From assembly GCA_002794465.1 (NCBI GenBank), contig MTSL01000208.1, forward strand, positions 65,032 through 97,031: 32,000 bases of DNA, in the 5' to 3' direction. The position numbers and the translations under genes were made by a program. Below, piece after piece: positions 19,277 to 27,308 of this stretch (positions within the stretch are counted from its first letter, which is position 1; each line of letters starts with the position of its first letter). Below the pieces are notes generated by a model that ran no database searches, had not been told where the DNA came from, and worked only from the letters and a program-made list of their open reading frames with translations. Source of the stretch: Paramicrosporidium saccamoebae KSL3 (Eukaryota; Fungi; Cryptomycota).

Positions 19277-19543
19277 TCAACTTGGTTGCACGGGACGCGG
19301 TCTGGTCTTTGCCAGCTTCATCTTTAGCAGTTTATCCTGCCGCCGGGCTTCCATCATCGGCTGTAAGAGTTCCTTGAGACGGATGAGCTGCTCTTCCCGG
19401 ATTTCCTTCACTTTGGCCAGCGGATGGACACACACCTGGTCGCAGAGCCGTCGCGCGGTTGCCCGTCCCACCCCTTCGAAAACACAGAGAGCATAATAGA
19501 CGCGTTTATGCAGGTTGAGACTCTGTCCAAGCAGATACACCAT
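19277..19543 (-). CDS. SWS2: Mitochondrial ribosomal protein uS13m-like (Sws2), C-terminally short, 88 aa
   Basis: MVYLLGQSL..KRVYYAL..FEGVGRATARRLC..VHPLAKVKEIREEQL fits the uS13 N-terminal H2TH domain as in fungal Sws2; the C-terminal RGxRH region is absent. Confidence 0.75.
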   Translation of the reverse strand: MVYLLGQSLNLHKRVYYALCVFEGVGRATARRLCDQVCVHPLAKVKEIREEQLIRLKELLQPMMEARRQDKLLKMKLAKTRPRPVQPS

Positions 19544-19575
19544 CGGGGTTGCAGTTATACAAAAGTCTAATTGTA

Positions 19576-20621
19576 TTAATGCTTAACTGGTTTTCTACGG
19601 GCCAACTTTTTGGCTTGCTTGAGGCGGGCCTTGAAATCTGCCCGTAACTCTGCACGCTTCTCCCTCCATAAAGTATATGCTTCTTCACGGCCACAGCGAC
19701 GACAAAATGCATACTCTTCGAGAGGCAGACTGTCAAGGCGTGAAAGATTAAATAAAAGCGATGGAAGATCTATCAGTGTGTCCGTGGGTAGCGTGACCTC
19801 GGCCTCTCTATTCTCATCTAATTTCTTCAAATCAGCATCGGCTTCCTCCGGTAAGGATGGTTCCAACCCGAGGAGCTTGCTGAGGGAAAAGCCAACTTCC
19901 TCCTCCACAGATAAATCTGCCTGTTTCGTTTGCTCAACTGTGCTGCAAGAGGTAGAGGCAGGCCTTGTGATCTCCACGTCAGAATCTGACAGAGACTCGG
20001 CTTCAGAGTCATTAACCGTTGCGTCTTCAGCAACGGACCAGGTCAGTTTTGAAATTGGCAGTGGCTTTACAGATCCAAACAGCTTTTCAATATTTTCCTT
20101 GTAGTGAGAAGGGTCTATTGTAATCATTTTTCCATCAGGACGGCGCATTTTTAGCATTGCCACTGCCCTACCGTACCTACTGCGCTTCCAGTCCGGTCTC
20201 TTGTCTACCAGTGCATCAGTCATGAGGGTCTTGTCGCCGCGTTCCCGAACAAGTTTCCGTTTCCTCTTGACTGGTGGTGGAGGTGCAGCGTCATTTTCTC
20301 GTAAACGTGCCATATAATCTTGACGTGCCTCATCTATCCTCAGCTTGCCACCACGCCAGTTCGACCCATTGTATGCAGTGACAAGTCGTTTCCACTGCGC
20401 TTCGCTGGTCTGCAGGTCAAAGTGTGCAAACCCACGATGAAAGTCGCCAGTTGCGTCGTTGGCGACCTGGATACGAGAGACAGTTCCAAAGGACTGGAAA
20501 CGCTCCTGAAGGTCCTTACTTGTGATATTCGGTGCCAGTCCGCCGAGGAACACCCTCTTGCCTATAAAGTCAAGTATGTAAACGGACAAGTACATAAGAG
20601 CTCGGGTTGGCACTCGGTCAT
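19576..20621 (-). CDS. Nucleolar RRM protein, NOL8/Nop8-like
   Basis: N-terminal RRM KRVFLGGL..RFQSFGTV..RGFAHFDL..YNGSNWRGGKLRIDEARQDYMARL is NOL8/Nop8-like. Model: exon 20621-20594, 32-nt intron 20593-20562, exon 20561-19576. Confidence 0.75.
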
Positions 20622-20644
20622 AGACGCCCATGTCGGGTCCCAAA

Positions 20645-21100
20645 ATGACTAAAACACCATCCGGCGGACTCAAGTCTTCAAGTAATCTACCCCTCCCCTC
20701 GCCTCTCGTCTCGTCACGCTTGTCTACAGTAGACAGTGCAGATGCCTACACAGTGTCCTGGAGTAAGCTGCGCGCAGCCTACATTGACAAAACACCCGCA
20801 AGCATCAAGGCTCTAGATGTATATCTCCTTTATTGTTTCGCTACGGGAATACTCCAGCTTGTGTATTGTGCTGTGACGCGTGGAAAGAATTACCAGTCGT
20901 TCCTGGGTGGATTTCTTTCATGCGTTGGGAGCTTTGTACTTGCAGGTTTGCATCCAATTATTCACTTAATCAACATAGCCAATGTGCGTCTACAGACTGA
21001 CGTGGACAAGATGGATCGCATAGTCCCATCATTAGTGGTCGCCGAGTTTGTTGTTGGTCACATAATCCTGCATCTTCTTGTAGCAAACTTTATTAGCTAA
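20645..21100 (+). CDS. OST2: Oligosaccharyltransferase subunit DAD1/Ost2
   Basis: TP..IKALDVYLLY...GILQLVYC...YQSFLGGFLSCVGSFVLA..VRLQ and FVVGHIILHLLVANFI match DAD1. Probable stop-free 3n introns 20682-20729 (48 nt) and 20946-20978 (33 nt); ATG 20645 or 20630. Confidence 0.9.
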   Translation: MTKTPSGGLKSSSNLPLPSPLVSSRLSTVDSADAYTVSWSKLRAAYIDKTPASIKALDVYLLYCFATGILQLVYCAVTRGKNYQSFLGGFLSCVGSFVLAGLHPIIHLINIANVRLQTDVDKMDRIVPSLVVAEFVVGHIILHLLVANFIS

Positions 21101-21246
21101 TCGCACTTGGAATACGCAATAAATTAACTAATCCACCATGCTCCCTTTTGATTGGATGGCGCTTATTGGTCAATACTCTTTCAAGTTCCAAATTGTGTCG
21201 CAAGTGTCAAGTCGTTAGTTGGCCTCCATGTCGGTGGAGAGACAGC

Positions 21247-22069
21247 ATGGCCGATCACGATGGAGTGGAAGCGAAGAAACCGGAGAGTAGGGTCAAAATG
21301 ATCGGCGAACATGGCCGGAATCCAGACGACAAAGGAAAGGAGCTAGTACGGGTACCGCCGGGACAGGAAAAGCGAAGAACCATTCTGGGTGGCACTGAGG
21401 CACCTCGAGTGCATCTTACGTAAAATGATCATTAAGATGACTCATCTGCTTAGATTCCGTGCAAAACGGAAATATCCGCCTGATACGCGATTGCATTCTT
21501 TGCAAAGCTACGCCACCAGCATGATCATGGAAGGACGTCCAAAGGCTGCGGTCGCGACTCCGCCCGATCTGCCCATCAACGAGTGGCTTGCCATTAATTG
21601 CTTCCTCTATTTCAACAAAGCCAACTACTTTTATGGATACATTCAAGAGGTATGTACATGCGAAAGAATGTCCATCGGACCAAAGTATGAGTATTTGTGG
21701 GCAGATGGCAAGACTATCAGGGCGCCAATCAGCGTTCCGGCCAACGACTATATTGATTCGCTTATGACCTGGATTGAGGCCAATTTCGATGATACAAAGC
21801 TCTTCCCTGATTATGATGGTGGAAAGCACCAGAAAGGATATGTTGACGCTGTCAAGTCTATTTTCAAGCGCATTTTCCGTGTCTTCGGGCACATGGAAGT
21901 TGACCATCCAAAGGATCTCGAGCTCTACGGTCTCGTTGGGGAATTTGAAGCCACATTCAAAACGTTGGTAGAGTTTATCAAGACTTATAAATTAATGGAC
22001 AAAAAGTCTCTGCAACCGATCCAGAAGACCCTTGATAGGTGGAAACAGGAAGCAAAAGCCTCCCGCTAA
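21247..22069 (+). CDS. MOB kinase activator family protein (MOB1-like, divergent)
   Basis: Exons 21247-21419 and 21454-22069, 34-nt intron; INEWLAIN, MSIGPKYEYLWADG, YIDSLMTWI, LFP, KSIFKRIFRVFGH. Confidence 0.88.
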
Positions 22070-22253
22070 ATATTGGGATTCCTTGATTGGTACAGCGACG
22101 TGACGACCAATAGCCTTAATAAACAGGATGGTTTGATTAGAGGTATAGTGGTCCGAGAAGTACTGATTGGATAGTCGAATTCCATCCAATGAGAACACCT
22201 AAAATGCACATCCTACAAAAGAAAGCTCGCCCTACTATGGCCAGTGTCCCGTC

Positions 22254-24095
22254 ATGTCGTCTCGCAACAAAGCCGACATCAACATGAAGCCCGTGCCTTT
22301 ATCTGCCGTGAAGGAAGGGACGAATAAAGAGAATCCAGAATCGGAGATGCTCCCCAACGATCCGACCAGCAACATGGATCAACTGGCTAGAGAGACGGGC
22401 CAAAAGGTGGATGTGACAAAAGAGGAAGAAATTCCTCCACCGATCATTGGAAATGAGCGCTCAACAGCGGGAATCATAGCCGAGGCGATACTATTGCCAC
22501 TGCTAATGGTAGTACCTGCGTGGATTGTGAGTGGAAGCTTCGATTACGAGGCATATTCATTTAGTGCAGTGAAAGGCCCAAGTGGATTAAACACGTTCCG
22601 GGAATTCGAACGCTGGGCATATTTCCTTGCCGTTTGCTACTTTGTCTGGACGGTGGCCCAGTTGGCATTCCGCTATGCGCCGGGAATCATCTTGCGCATC
22701 TGCCGGATGCTCGGTATAAAGCTGAGCCGACACGAACGAACAGCCGTTCTTTGCCTACGCTATGCCGAAAAGTATCTCGGAATAGCACTTTCCCTGCTGT
22801 TCATTTTCAACTATGCCGAATTTGTCCTGTACGAGTCGTCCACCAAGGCTGCAGCACGACAGATCATCTCCCGGTTGACGTGGAAAGAACGGATAAAAGC
22901 TTACGAACTAATGCTTGGCGATCGTATCGAGTCTGCAATTGCGGCTCTTTTTGTATTGGCCGTTGTGGTGGCTGCTGAGAAATACCTGGTGGCTGCCATC
23001 CACGCCTCTTTCCACCGTGTGGCACTCGCTCCGAGAATTGCCAAATGTAACGAAAAGTTTGCCATTCTCGGCGTTTTGAGTCGCGCACGTCAGTCTAATA
23101 GGGCGACTTTGTCTACGGCATCTCTGGCAGGAGCAGATGCAGACGAATTGGCAGACGATAAGGGCATCGACTTTAGTTCTAGCGCACGGGCACGAGCATC
23201 TGCAAAGACCATATTCAAAGCACTTTGTCCCGCAGACCGCGACTATCTAACACCTGCAGACTTTAGGCCGTACTTTCCTCTCACGGAATACGAAAACGCC
23301 TTCCAAATCTTTGATTTGAACAGGAGAAATCAACTCGATCGTCATGCCTTTAAGGATGCCGTTGTTGGTATCTATGACGAGCGCTTCCGTACTGCCAAAG
23401 CCCTGATCGCCAATAATCGTATTGTCAAAAAGCTCGACTGGACCTTGCTGACAATCTCCCTGTTCTTTGGGATTCTGATTGCCTTTGTAGTCTTTAACCA
23501 CAATGGATACTCTTGGGTCTCTTCCCTTGGCAGTTTTATTCTCGGCTTCAGTTTCTTGTTCCAGACAACAATGTCACGGGTATTTGACACATTCCTTTTT
23601 GTATTTGTCGAGCATGCCTACGACGTAAGTGACAATGTGCTCGTCGATAATGAGCATCTGTTAGTTTCGGAAATTGAAATCTTTACAACCATCTTTACGA
23701 GGAATGATGGACTGCTGGTTTACTCCCCAAACTCTTCTCTTAAGGGTAAGAGCATTTATAACCGACAGCGAACACGCTCCGAAATGGACGAAATCATCTT
23801 CCTGGTCGACGCACGCACTGATATTGCCAAGCTTGCCAAGTTACGCACGCAGCTAACCGACCATCTCACCGAGACTGTCAATGAGTTTACAGGAACTGTT
23901 AGTGTTAGCATTTTAAGGTTTGATGGCGAGGGGTCTACGCGGCAGGCATGCGTTAAGATTGAGCCCAAATATCGACCCAAAGATGATGATCTTCGCTCCG
24001 ACCTTACCCTGCATAACCGTCGCGCCGATCTGATGGACCGCTTCAATAGTACCTGTGCAGATCTCTCCATTCGCACAAATGTTGTCAGCGCCTAA
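22254..24095 (+). CDS. MscS-family mechanosensitive channel (Msy1/Msy2-type with EF-hand-like region)
   Basis: Several N-terminal TM segments, EF-hand-like FQIFDLNRRNQL, core SLGSFILGFSFLFQTT..FLFVFVEHAYDVSDNV..VSEIEIFTTIF..YSPNSSLKGKSIYN.QR. Confidence 0.9.
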   Translation: MSSRNKADINMKPVPLSAVKEGTNKENPESEMLPNDPTSNMDQLARETGQKVDVTKEEEIPPPIIGNERSTAGIIAEAILLPLLMVVPAWIVSGSFDYEAYSFSAVKGPSGLNTFREFERWAYFLAVCYFVWTVAQLAFRYAPGIILRICRMLGIKLSRHERTAVLCLRYAEKYLGIALSLLFIFNYAEFVLYESSTKAAARQIISRLTWKERIKAYELMLGDRIESAIAALFVLAVVVAAEKYLVAAIHASFHRVALAPRIAKCNEKFAILGVLSRARQSNRATLSTASLAGADADELADDKGIDFSSSARARASAKTIFKALCPADRDYLTPADFRPYFPLTEYENAFQIFDLNRRNQLDRHAFKDAVVGIYDERFRTAKALIANNRIVKKLDWTLLTISLFFGILIAFVVFNHNGYSWVSSLGSFILGFSFLFQTTMSRVFDTFLFVFVEHAYDVSDNVLVDNEHLLVSEIEIFTTIFTRNDGLLVYSPNSSLKGKSIYNRQRTRSEMDEIIFLVDARTDIAKLAKLRTQLTDHLTETVNEFTGTVSVSILRFDGEGSTRQACVKIEPKYRPKDDDLRSDLTLHNRRADLMDRFNSTCADLSIRTNVVSA

Positions 24096-24119
24096 GCCAC
24101 GAATATAATAAAGCTATAA

Positions 24120-24235
24120 AATTTGTAATAAAGACCGAGGGGTTTCACAAAAAGTGAGATTCGTATAGACCGAGAGTTTTAAGCTGTTTTAATGTAAAGT
24201 TTGTAATAGAGGCCGAGAGGTTTGTAGTAAAGCTC
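24120..24235. repeat. Three degenerate ~35-43-nt tandem units in the MscS 3' spacer
   Basis: tttgtaataaagaccgaggggttt (24122), gtatagaccgagagtttt (24163), tttgtaatagaggccgagaggttt (24200). Confidence 0.65.
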
Positions 24236-24378
24236 TTTATCTCTAGTCCATATAGATACCATGCTCTTTTACACCTTTACATCATCTCTGACATCATTTA
24301 CACTCCCCCCCCTCACACATACTTCTCACGCTAGTAACTAATTTTTATAAAAAACTAATTAGTCAGACAGGCGGGAAG

Positions 24379-26356
24379 ATGTCATTTCCGAACTGGGAAG
24401 TGTTTCAAGGGAAAGAGTCGGAGAATAACTGGCAAAAGCGCGATGAACAACTGCAGCATCTGGTAAGAATTATTGAGCAGCGAGAGGAGGCATCTATCAT
24501 GACAGGATTGCGCGCGTACTACCATGATATTTTGGCCGTGTTACATACCCCAAGGACTCAGCTCGCATTGTCCGCTTGCAGATTAATCAAGACAATGGCA
24601 GCAAGCTTGGAAATGGAAGAGTTTGATTCATTCTCCGAGGCCGCGATAAACAACCTAATACGCGTCTGTGCATCAACGAAAAAGCTCATTGCTTCGAGCG
24701 GTGAGGCGACACTACAACTAGTGTTCGTAAAAGTAACTCCAAATAGGACTCTGAATGCCATTCACTATGGAATGCAGGAAAAAAATGCAGCGCTCAGACA
24801 GCGAGTACTTGAAGCTTGGCTTATGACGGTCAGACAAAGCCCTGATCGCTGGTTCCCGCGGTACTGGTCAGATGTCGAGTCCATGCTCGCAAAAACTGTG
24901 GGTGATGCCTCGCCCAGTGTGCGTACCGGAACGATTGAAATTTTAAACATTGCCGAAAAGTATTGCAGTGCAGAGATTGCAAGAATGATATCCAATCTGG
25001 ACCATAGCACTGGAAAGCAGCTTCGCCAGTTAATGTCTAAACGACATCCCAGCAAGATTGAAAATACTGCCCGACCATGTGATAAGGAGAATGTCTTTGA
25101 TAATACCGTCCGGTCATACCACAAGGAAAGTACTTTTGAAAGTGCGTCTGAAGACACTGTACAGCCATATGACAGAGTCGTCCAACCGTGTCATAAGGAA
25201 AGTGTTTCTGAAAACACTGCACAGCCATATGGTGACGCAAGCGGCCCCGAAAACGCTGCACGGCCGAGTGATGAGTCTATTGTTGAAAATTGTGTCTCCC
25301 TTGCAAGTCCAAGCGATAGCCTCGTCGTTGAAAATCCATTTATAGCGGGAGAACCCGAAGAAATGACTTTATTGTCAAGTCAAAATCTTCAATCTGAAGA
25401 CGACACTGACGATGAAATAATTATTCCAATGCAAGGGATCTCTATGAGTGATTCTGGGGCGACCGCTTGTTCACGAATCCCAGTTCGTACCCCCGAGAAT
25501 CGCAAACTCGCCCTTTTTACACCATTTAGACGATTCGTGCAGCGTAATCTCATTCGCAACTTAGTGATGATGTAGATACGACGGGATCGCCCACGAGTCC
25601 CTCCCAACTATCCATTGACACCCTTATTAGGCAGGCCTCGGATTCGCCCGCCTCAGTTGCCATTTGGAAGAAACTTTGTATTATGGCCGAATCTAATCAT
25701 CCACATCTGACGTCCGCCAAAGTGTTAGCCCTTTTCACTGCAATCCACAGCACATTAACTTTGCTTTCAGTACGATTCAGCTCCAATACTAACGTAGCTC
25801 GTAGGCGGATGGCATTGGAACCGTGGGATGTCTGGTCAAACAATTACTCAAAGGCTCTAAAGTGTTCTTTGCACTGCCAACCGAAATCTTGTGCACTGTG
25901 CTCTTCTTAGATTACCATTTTCCCGAAATGATTTTGCTATGGCATACATCACCTTGGACCTGGATCAACCCTACAAAGGAAGTAGTCGAGTTTGTCGTTA
26001 ATTTTGCCGCTGAATCTCTGGTCGCAAAAGATGACGAGGCAACCTCTCGCTACGCAAGCACTGCGTTAGATTGCCTCCAGCGCACATTTTCCACTGAGAG
26101 CGGCGATACTGACACTCTTGTATCTTGCCTGCCCATGCTGAACAAGGTACCAATCGCACGTAGGTATTAATGGCTCTTATAGATTTGGATATATTCCAGA
26201 GATTTGAACGTGAAAAAGTCAGTTGTTGCTTGTATAACCACAATTCGATGTCAATTAGGTGATTCTCTGTTCTTCCAAATGGTTCCACTGCTAACAGCTC
26301 CACAAAGACGCTTACTGGATGCATATATGAGCATTGAGAGCCTAGCCCCTAGATAA
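24379..26356 (+). CDS. STU1: CLASP/Stu1 microtubule stabiliser (N-terminal TOG + repeat linker + C-terminal TOG-like domain), about 624 aa
   Basis: Exons 24379-25543, 25576-25769, 25805-26146, 26183-26356 (introns 32/35/36 nt) join several track ORFs. CLASP_N motifs (NWQKRDEQL, RTQLALSAC, DASPSVR) and CLASP C-terminal VKKSVVACI..LGD..QRRLLDAY. Confidence 0.8.
25060..25290 (+). repeat. Intragenic degenerate ~39-nt (13-aa) repeats in the CLASP linker
   Basis: ENTARPCDKENVF / DNTVRSYHKESTF / EDTVQPY..QPCHKESVS / ENTAQPY / ENAARPSDESIV. Confidence 0.75.
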
Positions 26357-26429
26357 ATTGCATATTCGTTGTTTACTGACCTTTTTCTGATTGGCCAGCG
26401 GAATTCGCAGTTGAGGAATACCACCAATC

Positions 26430-27070
26430 ATGGTACCTACAGACACGGTCGAGGTCAAGCTTGCAGCCCTCCAAATCACACAAGCTGAGGAAGACATGGC
26501 AACTAGTCGGCTTGAACGGCGTCCCAGTCTCTGTAAGCACAATTTGTGTGTTAACACTATAGTGAGTACCGACGATGTAGACAAGCTGTATCACCATTTC
26601 CTTCGTATCGACGAGGATGGAAACGGCGTAATCGATCGTGACGAGCTACTTCGTATCCCATCTGTGGCCGGCAACCCGCTGGCATCGCGACTTCTCGAGC
26701 TATTTGACACTGATGACAGCGGCGATATTAACTTTAGCGAATTCGTCACTGGCTTGTCCATATTTAGCGCCAAGAGCAGTTCTGAAAAGAAATACAAATG
26801 TACGCGGTCGGAACGAGTTAATTTGTAGTTGCATTTGATTTGTATGACCTGGACAAGGACGGCTACATTTCAAATGGTGAACTGTTCATTGTGCTCCGAA
26901 TGATGACGGGCGACCATCTAAAGCCGGTGCAGCTGCAGCAGATTGTAGATAAAACGATCCGTGATGCCGATACGGACGGTGATGGCCGACTAAGTTTTGA
27001 GGAATTCCGCAAGGTTGTTGAGAATCACAACGGGGATTTTGTGAACAAGTGGGCCGTAGCAGATTTGTAG
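26430..27070 (+). CDS. CNB1: Calcineurin regulatory subunit B-like, four EF-hands
   Basis: Exons 26430-26532, 26563-26799, 26829-27070 (introns 30 and 29 nt); [57 protein letters not shown]. Confidence 0.9.
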
Positions 27071-27308
27071 AGTGGAAAACAGCAATCGGAATTTAGCAGT
27101 TTTTTAAAACGGGAAATAACAATCAGTTGTAAAAGTTTTGTAAAACAGAGAACAGCAATAAGCTGTAATAGTTTTATGTTTCATGTTTTACGTTCTGTTT
27201 TGTAAAATAGAGATAAATTCAGCTTGCTACTAAACAGCCTATCTAGAATGATCAACCCAGTCTCTTACAAGCTTGAAACTTTATTTAATTTCTCATCTTT
27301 CTCCCATC

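Noticed and set aside
20622-20673. N-terminal extension of ORF 19576-20673 and 156-aa unspliced DAD1
   Set aside because: The extension starts at a non-ATG codon within DAD1 and reads through a likely intron; the unspliced DAD1 has insertions not seen in this short conserved family.
21148-21423. 91-aa ORF as a separate gene
   Set aside because: Its 3' part is exon 1 of the MOB gene, joined in phase 2 by the 34-nt intron 21420-21453.
25060-25290. Repeat tracts (here and 24120-24235) as CRISPR arrays or transposon ends
   Set aside because: Eukaryotic context, degenerate units with no unique spacers, no cas or transposase ORFs; the CLASP tract is in-frame coding sequence.
25683-26170. ORFs 25683-25910 and 25823-26170 as independent genes
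   Set aside because: They splice in frame with the CLASP N-terminal ORF and the terminal exon to give a coherent CLASP.
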